Below are positions 37,257 through 50,232 of a stretch of 64,000 nt of DNA, piece after piece; position 1 is the first letter of the stretch, and every line of letters begins with the position of its first letter. The notes under the pieces are model-generated. The model searched no databases, had not been told where the DNA came from, and was given only the letters and a program-made list of their open reading frames with translations. The position numbers and the translations under genes are program-made. The stretch is from Moniliella sp. 'wahieum'. Lineage: Eukaryota. The stretch lies in assembly GCA_003971905.1 (NCBI GenBank), contig RSEE01000034.1:248001-312000 (forward strand), read 5' to 3'.

Positions 37257-40200
37257 CTATGGAGGCCTACCCAGCTGCGTGCCATTCCACGCCGCGTCGA
37301 CCCAATGAGTAGCATCGGCGCCCGCGACGGGCACCCAAGCGGCCAGGTCCGCTGGGGAGAAAAGCAACGCCGAAGGGGAGGGCCGGAGACGCTAGCAGAA
37401 GTAGGCGAAGGCGCAAGAAGCGACGACACGGTCATGGCCGAAGGCAGTGGCGCGGGGCTCTTGGGCACCGAAGAACGCAAACTGTCAAACCAATCGGTTT
37501 TGTCCAGTTGAATGTTCTCGACCAACGACAACCACGGGTTGACCGGCTCCAAGGGCAGGAGAGGCAGTAGGTCAGAGTCAAGCGCAACCGGGTCAGACGG
37601 CACGCTCGATAAGGGCAGCTGCTGCTGTGGTGGGCACTGGGAGTGGGGGGAAGGGATGGAGGCGGAAGTGGGTGCGAGTGAGGAGAGGGCGGGAGGGAAG
37701 CCTGTTCCCTGCGGAGCGGGTTGATGGGCGTGCGGGAAAGCTTGCGAGAGCGGAGGCAGAGCCGGCGCGGTGGTAGGGGAGGCAGGCAGCCTAGGTGCAG
37801 GACGGCATAGTTTCGCGCCCAGAGGGCAAGGGGGCGGGTAGCTGTGTGCGCTGGGCCCGGCCAAGGTCTCGGGCGTGGGGGGGAACGGCGGGTAGCGGGA
37901 GGAGTACAAGCTGGTCTGGACCGGGTTCGAGAGCGGCTCCCGTACGTGCGAGGGTGGGTAGGTGGGCGCTGGAAGAAGCGGGGCGGGCGTGCGGAGTGCC
38001 AGCGTGTCGCTGCCCGCCGACGGTGCAGCGGGTGCGGCGGACGCGACCGGAGCGGCGGGTGGCACGGCCGGGGCCGCATACAGGGTGGTTGAAAGGGAGC
38101 CCGAGCCCGAGGGTCGATGACCCGGGTGGGAGGGTGGGAGCGGCGTGGGCAGCTGCGCCGGGTGGCGGTGGCGGTAGCGACGGCTTGCTCTCCCAGTTCG
38201 GCAGTGCGGATGCCAAGGAAGAAGGCCGGTCTCGTGCCATTCGAGGAGGTCGCATCGCCGGCGCGGGGGACTGGCCCGGGGTGTCCTGCGTCGTAGGCCA
38301 AAGAGTCTTCCACCTGCTTCCGCAGCTGGACGGCCATCTCGATGACGGCCATGTCCGTGTCGTATGACTCGAGAGCAGTGCACAGTCGCCGATGCCGAGC
38401 GCAAGCGGGCCGGAGAGAAAGCCAGCTCCTTGTCGGCAGGGTCGGAGCAGAGGGAGGCATAGTATTCCCACCCTGGCGAACCTTTGAGGGGCCGTGTAGT
38501 AGAGTCGATCGTTTTGCCAGGAGGCAAAGTGGTGGTGCGCCACGCGGGACCGCTCGAGGCGGGCGCAGAGAGAATGTCCAAGACGAGGAGAATGCAGTTG
38601 CGAATCATCGGAGGGACACATAAACAGCCCGCATGATCTGGAACGCCCTTCCCTTCTCGGCAAGCTGGACAGTATCCCAAACGAGCGTACAAACCGCATC
38701 TCCACCGCATCCTCCAGCTTGATCAACTCTGCCCTACCCTCCGGGGTAGGGGTGGAAGCAGCCACCCCGCTCTCTGCAGGAGCCAACGGAAGAGAACCAT
38801 AAAGGAATGGAACCACATTGCCAAGGCATGCGACTTGATCACCATCCTGAACTTGCTAGCGGCGCGGAGGGAGGCCAACCGTGTGTGACGCCGTCATGGC
38901 CTCCCATTTAAGCGCAGGGGGAAGTTGTCGGACCATACGTCCATGCCGGAAAGATAGCCCTTGACCGCGTGAATAGAGCATCCAGCCGTGGCAACTTTTC
39001 GCCGTTGCCAGTTCAGCGGCGCCTCGCCGAGTGAGCAAGGTCAAACGCAACAGGAACTCGAGCCAGAGCCCTTCCAAGCATCGAATCGTGGAGCCGGCGC
39101 GGAAGACTGGGCCTTCTTGAGGGTGCCCGCATCGGTGGATGACCCCATCATGGCAAAGTACTCTTGGGTCTGTCGAGGGCGCCACACGGGTGCAGGGACA
39201 TCGTGTCATCTTCGCGCAAAAGGAGGAGCAAGCTGATGCCAATGTCGATGCACATCCTTGATTCACCACAGACCAGAACACGCGCTGCACCCGTCTTTAA
39301 GTCGGTGGGAGGACCGGGTATGAAGGGCCGTGCACTATTGGCCTGACTCTCGGGGTTCCTAAGAAGCTGGAGATAACAGGACAAGCGTACCTATCCATGG
39401 AGTTAGGTCCTGGGGCCTCTTGGGTATGAAAAGGGGGTCGTGAGGCGGGAGAAAGGGGGAGGAGGACGTACAATGCCTTCGTCGATAGAGGGTCAATGAC
39501 CAGACCCTCGCTGTCCCTCCTGTGACGGATCCCAAGAAAAGGGATCCGGGGCAGGCGGAAATCGAGAAGGGAGAAGCCCTTTTGGAGCCGAGGAACGCAG
39601 AGCAAGCAGCGGATCGATCCTCATAGATGATGAGGGCAATGCATCCTTTGCAGCCCTTCCCGGGCGATGCGCTGGGAAATAGCATGGCGTAGGGCGGACC
39701 GCGCAGCTCTCGATGCCGATTGAAGCTGAAACTTCTCATGTTCGGCCCTGCCTCCGCTGGTGCTGGGCTGGACTGAGACTCGGCCTCGGTGACCAACAGC
39801 ATGCCTGCGCCGGTGCCGGCCACGGCCAACTAGCAGTTTACAGGGGATGGTGGGGGTGGGAGTGGAGGGAGTTTGACCCGACGTTTTGTTGCGGCGGCGA
39901 CGAGGGAGAATACGATGGTATCGGGGTCGGTCCCCTCGGCATCGAGGGCCAAGCAGCGAACATAGGTATCGACAAAATCGTCAATGTAGAGCGAGTCGTA
40001 GGGGGTGTAGTAGTCAAAGAACGCTCGTGCACATGTATCCAGCAGCGCCCGAGAGAGGCCTGGGATACCAAAGATGCCGAGCGAGGATGGTTTGTTGGCC
40101 GTAGGCGGATGGGATGAGGCGGCGGTGGCGGTGGCGGTGGCGGTGCTAGGCGGGGTGGGTCGACTGGGCGATGCGGGGGCATTGGGAGGGGGGTGTGCGG

Positions 40201-40638
40201 CCTGCATCTGCTGCAGCTGGCGAATGCGCTTGCCCAAACGGCTCTGCGGAGGCGCGCGGGTATCGCGCTTGGTCAGGTGCAGGCCATGTTGTGTTTTTCG
40301 CACCAGCTGCATCGCACCGGTGCGGGCGTCGACTGTGGACCGGAGCGAGGCGTGGCCGACGCCTCGGTCTCGGTCTCGGGCTCCTCGGGGATGGCATCCT
40401 GGGTGCGGGCAGCCTGCTGGGCGGCGGTAGTGCGGTCGAGAAGGTCGCAGCGCACCTTGCGGAACTTGCACGAGTCGCAGCTCGAGTTGCGCTTCCGGCG
40501 GCGCTTGCGTGTGGCGGCCTTGTCAGAGCCGGTGGCAAGGGCATGTGGGGCATTGGGGCTGCCATCCGGATCGTCCTCGCCCTCGCCCTCGTCCTCGCCC
40601 TCGTCCTCGCCCTCGCCAGTGGCCATACCGATGCCCAT
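37257..40638 (-). CDS. Zn(II)2Cys6 fungal transcription factor; ends approximate
   Basis: RKRRRKRNSSCDSCKFRKVRC..CSWCEKHNMAC, then GKRIRQLQ and a globular middle region (LSRALLDTCARAFFDYY..), with a Pro/Ser-rich C-terminus. Confidence 0.85.
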
Positions 40639-41274
40639 GCCCGCGCGACGGCGTCGCGGGGAGGGGGCCCCAGCGGGAGGCGCGTGGGCGTCGCCGCGGG
40701 CGGCGGAGGGATGGCGGGGATGGGCGGGGACGGAGGGGGGGCATGGGCGGGAGGCGGAGGAAGGGGGGAAGATGGTTGCCAGCGGCCGGCAGACGGCCAC
40801 TGGGAGCACTGTCTGGGGCAGCACAGCCGGGCGTGTGTACTCAGTCAAGCTTCAAGTTGAGTACCCAGTCCGAACACGCTGGCTGGGGCGCTGGGGGCAC
40901 CAGGTACTGAGTTAGCAACAGCAGCAGGCTGCTGCGACGCTGCGACGCTCCGACCGCCCAGACGATGGGCCAGCCACGCGCGAAACAGTATTCAGTACTC
41001 ACTAGCCCACGCGCTCCTCGGCGGCGTCAGCGCTCAGGCTCAGCAGCCTCACTACCTCAGTCCGCACCCCCACGACTCACCACGCACGACGCACCCACCT
41101 CACCGGCCGCCTGGCGCTGTTGCTCAGTACCCACCGCATTCCTCCGCCCCCCATCACACACGCGTCACGTGCGTGTCACCCCCACATCACATCCCTCCGC
41201 TCGCCTCCGCCATCCGCACCAGGCTGCATGCTGCATGCTGCCTTCACCACACCACGCACGCACCACCCATCGCC

Positions 41275-42632
41275 ATGGCCACCACCACCACCACCACCGC
41301 GTCCCTCTCGCCGACTTCCACTTCCAACGCGTGCTGCACGACGGTACGCCCCCCCCCCTCGCGCCGCCACGCCCTACTCACCTTGCGCCTCCGCCTCGCC
41401 CCAGACCCCCAAACCCGCCGCGCCGTTCTGCTCGGCTCGGCGGGCGAGGACCAGGTGATCGTGACGCTGGAAAAGACCTCCTTTGACCCCCAAGCGTGGG
41501 CCAAGGACGAGCATGTGCTCCAACACAGCTTTGCTCGCTTCCAGCCGCTGGCCAGAACGACATTTACTCCTGGCTGCTGGCCTGGACGCCCGCGACGGAC
41601 GATGCGCCGGCGGATGTCAAGATCAATGTGATCCGCCCGGCTACCGAGGCGGTACGCACGTCCCTGCTGGAAATCTTCTTGGACTGACCTTCCCACCCTC
41701 CAGCATATCCGCAAATACTCGGCGCAAGAAACGGTGTTGGTTCATGGTACGCCCCCCACTCTCCCAACCCCCAGATTGCGCGGGTACTCACCCCCCATCC
41801 TACCACGTGTGTTCTCTGTGTGCCTAGAGACGCCCGAGATGTATCAGACCAAAGTATTACCCTGGATTGCGTCGCAGCCCGCTTCCCGACTGCAATGGGT
41901 GTACAACATTCTCGATGGCAAAACGAAGGAGACGGTGTTGCACGATGACCCCGACCCGCACACGGGATTTGTAGTACCGTGCGTACGCGCCGTGTTCGTG
42001 TTCGCCAAGTGCGAAGGGGGTCATGGACCGGGAAGAAACCCCCCAACCAAAGGAAGGGAAGACCTGACGCATGTTGTTCCTCAGATTTTGCCCGACCTCA
42101 AGTGGGACCAGACCACATTGTCGGCGCTGTACATGACGGCGATTGTGCGCGATCCATCGTTGCGTTCGGTGCGTGACCTGCGTCCCAAGGCAGAAAAAGT
42201 GGAGCACTGGCAACTCTTGTGTAAGATTCGCGAGGCGGGACAAAAGATTGCCAAGGAACGATACGGTGTGCAGGCGCCCGCAGGTGCTGAAGCCGTCAAG
42301 TGTTTCCTCCACTACCACCCTTCGTACTAGTACGTCCGCCTCCCTCCCCCATTTTGATGGGGTCGCTGCCTGTTCCGATTCTATACAGCTTGTGTACAGC
42401 TAGCTACTCGACTCGTCCTAACCCCTTTCTTGACGCTGGCAGCCACATGCACGTGCACATCATTGCGGCCGGGTACGTTCATCCGACCGCCTTGGTTGGT
42501 CGGGCGCATTTGGTGGACGATGTCCTGGACCTACTGGAGTTGGGCGTCGACTTTTCGCAGCGCACCTTGACCCATGCTGTGGCACCCACCACCGACTTGG
42601 GCCGACTGTTGTTGGGACCGAGAGAGGGGTAG
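41275..42632 (+). CDS. DCS1: Scavenger m7GpppX decapping enzyme DcpS (HIT family), about 5 introns
   Basis: QNDIYSW; KINVIRPATE; HIRKYS; ETPEMY; LQWVYNILDG; ILPDLKWD; LRSVRDLR; FLHYHPSYYHMHVH (HIT motif, split by intron ~42330-42442); GRAHLVDDV. Confidence 0.93.
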
Positions 42633-43140
42633 ATGGGGCAGAGTGGGCAGGAGACTAGGGTGCACTGTTGTGGGATGAGCAAATGCCAGATCTACAACCG
42701 ATGCACCGAGTCGGTATCTGCTTTTCTCTCGCCCTCCTTCTCCTTCTCGCCGAACTCATCCGGGCGAAAGAAAGGAGCTACGGATCATGCTAACACGGCT
42801 GTAGAAGGTGAGTGTGCGGGGGCGGGGGGGCGGGGTACGAAAGCAGACAACAGGCAAGAGTTGATAAGAGCCGACTGAGCAGGATAAAGAAGGGCAGAGA
42901 AAAACAGAAGGTAGAGCCGAGAAACGAGAGATCCGGATCGCACTCTCAAAGAAGGGGCGGGGAGCTAGCTTTGCGAAACAGGAGAAGTATGGCGTGGTAC
43001 GTAGTACGCATCCCTCTCTTCCTCGCCTCTGACCACGCCTCTGACCACTGGAGATCTGACACGGAGTAAAAACAATGCAATGCGAGAGAGGCGAACCGGG
43101 ATAAGACCCGATAAATACATCGTACAAAACGAAATGGGGA

Positions 43141-46129
43141 TCAAGCCGACAGAGAAAAAAATGACGGATCGTAACGTCGTACATGTGGCCTAGACATAGA
43201 GAGGAGGCCAGCAGGAGTGAGGGGGAGCGGGCGAAGAGACCAATGAAAAAGAAGAGCGAAGAGTAGCGAGGGGTAATCGAGTCCAGAGGAGGTAACACGA
43301 GGCAACCCTCGGTAACCCGAGGTAACAGTGACGAAGTAACACGAGACAAGAAGACGATACGAGGCAAGAAGCAAATGAAAAACGAGCCAGAAGGCAGCGA
43401 TGGATCCAACGTTGCGCAGCTCAATGTTCGCGCAACGTTTGTGCCTCAGCAACGCATCTTTGCGGGAAAACGTGCTGGCGCAAGAGGAGCATTGCCACGG
43501 TTCGCGTGCCGAGGCAGTTGGGTCTTCCTTGCTCCATACCAACGCCTGGTCCGGCGCCAACTGGCCGCGTTCAATTTCGCGCGCTTCTTGGCGCGCATGA
43601 ATGTGCCGGTGCCGCACCAGGTCGTACAGCCGATTAAAGTGCATACCGCAGTACACGCCCGTCACGGGCGACTGGTACGTGCACACACTGTTCGTCTCCT
43701 TGCTTCGCGTCGGTGACCCACCCGTCCCGCCCACTTGGTGCAACGTGGGAGAGCGCGACGCCGAGCGCGAAGGCGATCGCGATGCAGATCGGGATGCTCT
43801 TCGTGACGCTGCGGGCCCCAGCCCCGTCCAAGGCCCTGACCCAGACCCCGAACGAGACCCGGATCGAGATCCAGAGTGAGACCCCGGCAGGGACGCTGAC
43901 CCAGACCCAAACCCAATCCCAGCCATCTGCACGGACGATGACAGACGGTGGCTCAGTGGGGATCGGACGGGTCGGCGCGATCGCGGGGACGAAGGGAGAG
44001 AGGCGAACGGAGCCGGAAAAGGACCAGGACCAGCAGCAGCAGGAGCAGGACCAGCGAGAGCAGCAGGAGCACCGAGAGTAGCAGGAGGAAAGAGAGCAAG
44101 AGACGCGGAGCCGGAACCCATCGAATCGTCGTGGACCACCTCGGTCCGACCCGACGGATCGGTCATCCGTGGTATCGGAGTGGGAGCAAGCGACGTAGCA
44201 AGCGACGTTGGCACAGTGGGGGTGGCGGGGTAGCGGCAGCAAGAGGGGGGCAACAGAGGAGCGCAATTCCACGTGGGGAGGTAGGTGGGAAAACGAGGTT
44301 TGTCGTGGTCCCAGTGGCGGGGGAGGCAAGTGGGCCCCCAAGGGAGCAGCCGCTGAGGGAGCAGCCATTGAGGGAGCAGCCAAGGAGCAGCCAGGCCCGA
44401 GAACGGGGTCAGACCGCCTTGTCCCAGACAAAGGTGGGAGTCGAGGTGGGGAGCCAAGGCCGGATCTAAGGTCGTAGGCAAGGTGGCCACTGAACTCGGG
44501 GAAGTACGAGAAGTAGTAGGAGCCAGAGTCGAACGAGGTGGGAACCGAGATGGGAGCCGAGATGGGAACTGAGGGGGGAGCGGAGGTGGAAGTTGAGGGA
44601 GGTACCGAGGGGGGCAATGCGGGAGGACCAAGAAAAGGGTGGCATTCCAAGCAAAAGCCCAAGCGTTGGTTTCCCCCCGCATCAACCCCTGACTATTACT
44701 GCCATGGTTGTGCTCACTCTGTTCCGAAGGGAGCTGTCCACCTTCCCCTCGAATCTTCTCCCCCCGTTTGTGGCGGAAAAGGGGAGGTGGCTGTTCCGCC
44801 ACCGCTCCTGCCTTACGGAGGAGGGCAAAGAGAAGGAGAAGGGAGAGGGAGAGGAGGAATATTCGAGGTGGAGGTGGGGAGAGACGCCAAGGGCCCAGGG
44901 GACAAGGGCCGACGGGGAACGAGTGGGAACGGTGCGGGGCAAAGGAGCCGAGGTGAGCTGGGACCAAGGAAGGTTGAGAAAGTGGATGGGTCGAGGGCCA
45001 AGAAGGGCCAGGCTTCTGGGATTGCAATGACGTCTTTGGATGGCTCGCGGGTTCGGAACCGCGACGAATGGCGGGGTTGTCTTCGAAGGCGGCGTCGCTA
45101 GGTACGGCAGGGAAGGGGGGCAAGGCCGATTGGGGCAGTTGGGATGCGAGTGAGCTAGCTTGGTCCGTCACGAAGTGGGACGAGGCTGGGTGGTGGGGGA
45201 AACCAGCAGCTGAAGGCAGGAAGGCAGCAGGCCATATATCAATTTGTTGGATCGATGCACAATGGAAGAGTAGAGAATATGTCAGTGGGGGCTGCCGCGG
45301 GGCAATGTGAGACAGCGCTGGCCAAAGGGCCCAGGTACGTACCGAGTCACGTCGAAGGGGGCTATTGCTTTGTTGCTGCAACGACGCGTGGCGAGTCGAG
45401 TGGATGGGAGGGTTGCCCGATGAGTGGGGGCGCTCGGTCGAGGCAAAGGGGGAGCAGGCGTAGGACCTGATGGCGGCAGTGGGTGCGACTGTGACGGATG
45501 TGACGGGTGCGACAAATGCGGCGTGTGTGACGAGTGTGACGGCTGGTGCGACCGAGCTAGCTCGAGGCTGAGCTGGTCCGAATTCCGGTAGTGGAATAAC
45601 AGGGCGGCGGACGTGGGGGTGGACACGCTCAAGCCGACCGGGTGCGACGGTGGCACAAGAGCCGGGGTGGAAAGGGAACGCTGGTTGAGCAGGGAGGGCG
45701 GTTGAGGATCAGATGGGATGCTGGGTAGAAGAGAGGCAAGGGCGGAAGGGTGGTGCAGGCGCTGAGGGGCAGAGAAGAAGAAGGGGCAATGGGAGGCTCA
45801 AACAAGGGCAAGGGCGGTACACTGGAATCGAGGGCAGGCGGAAAGCAACTGTGGCTGCTGCTGGCGGTGGTGCTCGTGGTGGCGGGCGCACATACCGATG
45901 GGGCGGGATGGAGAGACCCGCCTGAAAAGGGCTGCAACACACTGGGGAAAGGTAGGCCCGTGTTGAGGGAGGCGGAGGGGGACATGCGAGTAGGAGAGTA
46001 GGGAGCAGGATGAGGATTGGCCTGGTCGAGGGACGAAGCACGAGACGAGGGGGTGGGAGGACTGGCCAGTAGCAAGGAAGCCGGGTTGGCCGGCGTGGGC
46101 TGGAGCAGCGAAGACGGCGGAAGCTCCAT
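43141..46129 (-). CDS. C2H2 zinc-finger transcription factor, Rpn4-like; true stop uncertain
   Basis: C-terminal fingers CTYQSPVTGVYCGMHFNRLYDLVRHRHIH (C-X10-C spacing as in Rpn4) and CSSCASTFSRKDALLRH, after a long Pro/Ser-rich N-terminus starting MELPPSS. Confidence 0.8.
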
Positions 46130-49100
46130 TGTGGGAGGGGGGTTAGGGGGGTAGGAGAAGGTGGTGATGGTGGGGGAGGGGGGAGAAGCGCACGTATACG
46201 AAAGGACCTGCTACGGCAAAACGGCTCGTTCGGGACTGGACGCTAGTATGTGCCGGCGCCAAGCCGCCATGTTCTCAAGTCAACGTTGAGCTCTACGTTA
46301 CGTTCAACCCCGACCACAATACTCAGTTACTGACGCAACGTTCAACCCACGTCGAACCGAAGGAGTGTCACGCCATGGCTCCCGGTTGGATTCACCCTGC
46401 TCGGCGACTGCGCGATGAGATCTGAGATCTGAAACGGGGCTCAGCGCTCAGTGTGAGCTCCTAGCGCCCAGCCGCGGCGGCAGGCAGAGACGGGGAGCAC
46501 CCGAGAGAGGACGAGGCGAAAAGCAGCAGTTGCGCCGCTGTTCGCGGGGGTTTCCTGCGCACGCATCGCAGGCATCACATGTCGCATGCTGATGCACTGA
46601 TGGCCGGCTAAAAACGCAGCCGCGGGAGCGTCGCTGATCAGTGTCGATGGTGCATGATCATCCCGACACGGAGGAGGCAGATGGGCCGACTGGCTCGGCC
46701 CAGCCAGGGGGCACCTGCCAAAGTCTTTTGTCTGCCGTGTCTGCCGTGTCTGCCGCGTCGGCCTTGCCTGTCTTGCCTGTCTTGCCTGTCTTGCCTGGCC
46801 TACCCCACCCCACCCCCACACGGGCGCCTGGCCAGACCAAACCACCCGCACGCAGTGCCCCCGCGAAAGAAACCCGTGGCGGTCCATTATGCTCGGAAGC
46901 TTGCGGCTTGGCAGCGTAGGGTGCCCAAACCAAACCCCAAATCATCCAAACCTAGATCCATCCCATTTCAAACCCAGACCCCTCCGACTCACTCGCCAAA
47001 CGAAACCATCACCCACCACCACCGCAGCCGCACCACGCCGACTTTTTCGTGCTACGTACCTGGGCACACTGCGACCCTGCCCGCGGGCCCCTCTGCTACA
47101 TGCTACCCCAGGCCCCAGGCTGCTCCCGAGCACTTGTCGGCTCCACCCACGCGATCCGCCAGCGCTCGAGTTCGCAGCTCTCCGGCCTTTCTCTCGGAGG
47201 TTGGCTAGGCTCCCGCAGCACGCTCTAGATCGCCGCCAGCCGCCCGCTCCGGCCGCCCCCGGCCGCGGCGGGCCACCCCAACCGTTCATCCATCAAACAT
47301 CAGGCTTCACGTCCTTAGGTCTGCCTCAGGCCTTACTGGTCGCTATTAGTTACTAGTTACAAACTAGTTACCCGCCCGATCACCGAGGTGTGCCGGTGTA
47401 GTGCCCTGTCGTGCCTTGCTCGGTGCCTCGAGCAACTGGAACGCAATGCATAATGCGCAATGGGTGACCATCGATCATTGACCACACTCTCACGCCGCCG
47501 GCCATCTGCATCGAGCATCCCCCCTCCCATCTCACACAACTCTCCCCGCACATTCGCGCCATCCCATACGCCACCCATCACACGCTGCTTTTTGTCCCAC
47601 CGACCGTCTTGCATCCCAGCCCATCCAGCCCATCCCCGTGGGGTATCTCATCCATCTCAGATCTCATTCGTATTCAGTACTCAGTACTCAGTATTCATCA
47701 TTCTCGGTCGCTCCAGAGGTGCACATCGCGATACGAGCATCGCTATGAGGAGCATCGCACAGCAGCCCTCTCGTCCGATGGCCGATCGTCGTAGCGCGTA
47801 GTAGCATGGAACATGGCGCCCGCTGCGTCTCAGCCTCTCCGCGGTCTCGGCCGCACTGGTACCTGCACCCCCTCATCGAAGCCTAGTCATCGAGTCACTA
47901 GTCATTGGCCTCTCGTGCCGCTCGTGCCTTTGATCTCGTATCGGAGCAGGCTGAGGCTGTCGGGGCTCTTTTCGGCAGTCGGACAATTCCGCACCCTCCG
48001 CTCCTGTGCGGGGGGCAGAAAAAAAATAGGTATAACCGATTCGATCCAAATAAAGCTCGCGAAAAAAGCCACACAACTACAGCACACTGTGCCAGTCTAC
48101 TCTCCGGGTCTGTCCTTGTGGCCGTTACGCGCGTGATGTCCCGACTGGGTGTGCTCCTCGCTGCCAGCCTCTAGGAGAAGATGGGAGACCCTCGACGTTG
48201 AAGCTTAGCGCTTAGCGCTTACCGCGTAACACTTTTCAGATCTCTTCACATGCTCACATCTCATCTCCTCCTATGTGCATTGTGTTACATCAAAAAAGGG
48301 CTAAAGGCCGAAAGCCTAAAAGGACCATCAAGCTGAGCCTCAGCGCTCAGGCTGAGCTCAGCTGAGCCGCTCATCAAGCATGGCGCGGTACATCACTACG
48401 CTTTGCACATCGATTCTTCTCTCCTCGGTCCACTCTTCTTCGCTTTCACCTTTTTGTCGGCAGTTTTATTTTTTTCTCTGTCCTCCCATGCCTCGTTGTC
48501 GAGAAGCAACAACTCTGCAATGCTACCACATTCAGATATTCAGGTGTCCCCTCCACGTCGCCTGGATCACAGTAAGTAGTACTAGCTGAATGGTCTGAAT
48601 GATCTGAATCGGCCGTAGGCACTTTTTGGGTGTGGCTGAGTTTTTGTACTACTGATCACGCGGATCACGTTGAACACGTTGAACGTTCATCAGCAGTTGA
48701 ACCTTAAAGCTTAATCACTGTGGCCTATGGATCGATGCGGCCGAGTAACCTTCCGTCGGAGAGAACTGGAACATAATAAAGGCCCAATTGTACGTGGTAA
48801 CCGGTAACAGGTAATGAGAACGCTTATCGATTACTGTTGGGACCCGTGGTCCCGTACATAGGCCAAGGCGCCTTAGGCCTTATCACCCTTTGCCCCTCAT
48901 TTGACTTCCGAAGCCTCCACGTGTATACTCAGGCTTGTTGAACCCCTGTCCCTCTAGGTGTGGCATAAGGCTTAGACCTAGCCACCATCGCCGCGATTGC
49001 ATTGTTCTACTACATTTCCAGAGGTTCAACGTTCATCGCCCAACCCCTTGGGTTCCTCCGATCTTACAATTACTGTGAACGAAGAGCGACGAATGAATGA

Positions 49101-49763
49101 TGCTAAAGGTATAAAAGGTCTAAGATCTAATACCTAAGGAAAGAGACCAACCACACGTCTTTCTCGAGGTTACCGTTTAACATGTTTTGAGCCTCTCGTG
49201 TGGTCGATGATCAAAATGTTCCACGTCCATGTTCAGGGCTCATTGAGCGCTCAGGTGAACATGGAGACTCAACGGTCAGCACTCACAACACTCTCTCACA
49301 GATCCCAATTGGCAACGCTCAACGTGTGGAGTTTTCAGGGGACTGGGGAGCTCTTAGCCATGAGGTTCAGTGACAAGAGACCCTAGAGCGCATACAAAGA
49401 GGCGAGAGAACTCTCATGCCTTCTCGCCGCACATTATGTGTCTCCTATTATATGCCACCGATCGATATATAATCTACAGGTATGGGGCCAGGATTCAAGT
49501 TATAAGACAAGCTTGATCGTCGATAGAGGTCTCCTCACTTGTAGTGACTAGAGCTTTCTAGCGTTCATTTGCCTCTCTGTGCCTCTGATGCCTTCTTCTC
49601 ATACAGCCAGGCCATTTATAGAGTACTTTTCTGGATTGGTCATTGCTGCGGAGGAGGGGAAGGGAGCGTAAAATACCTCGCTTCATTTCCTGCTATACTT
49701 GCTGCTTAGGAGGCAAACATTCCTAATACATAACACTTCACCACCTGTAACTCCGATATGAAA

Positions 49764-49863
49764 GGTCGGATGGTCTAGCTGGTCATGACGTACGCTTCAC
49801 ATCCTGGAGCTTCAGGTCTCATTGAGACGCGTAAGGTCCCCGGTTCGATCCCGGGTTCGATCA
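49764..49863 (+). tRNA. tRNA-Val (CAC) with 26-nt intron (49802-49827)
   Basis: GGTCGGATGGTCTAGCTGGTCATGACGTACGCTTCACA[intron]CGCGTAAGGTCCCCGGTTCGATCCCGGGTTCGATCA. Stem TACGC/GCGTA, canonical 37/38 intron site, T5 terminator follows. Confidence 0.93.
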
Positions 49864-50232
49864 CTTTTTGGGTTGTATTTCTTCGATCTTTCCTCCCTCC
49901 CTTACCCTGTTGATGAGGGCCTAAGAGGCCTCATCTGACGCCTAACCAGCCCCACCTCTTGGGCCTAATAGACTGATGCGACTACATACGTGGCTTAATA
50001 GTACTCGTGTGTCCGATGGATGCGCTGAAAGAAACTGTGCCCAACCCGGAGGGGAGGCGCGCGCGGGGGGGGCTGCGGGGTGCACAAAAAAAAGACACGA
50101 CACAGTGGTGGACGCAGCTTCCCACTCCACCGTGCTTCAGGCCTAATACAGCCTGGAATCCTTCTCGGCTCTCGTTTATCTTCCTTCCGTTTGCGGTAGC
50201 TTTGTCCAATTAACCCACTATACGACCCTGTG

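Noticed and set aside
42328..42330. Premature TAG in the DcpS HIT motif
   Set aside because: The G begins a GTACGT intron donor, and splicing to ..GGCAG restores HPSYYHMHVH.
48936..49031. Small TGTTGAACC..GGTTCAACG element (MITE or mini-LTR)
   Set aside because: The ends are imperfect, there is no TSD, and the GTTCAAC motif is locally common.
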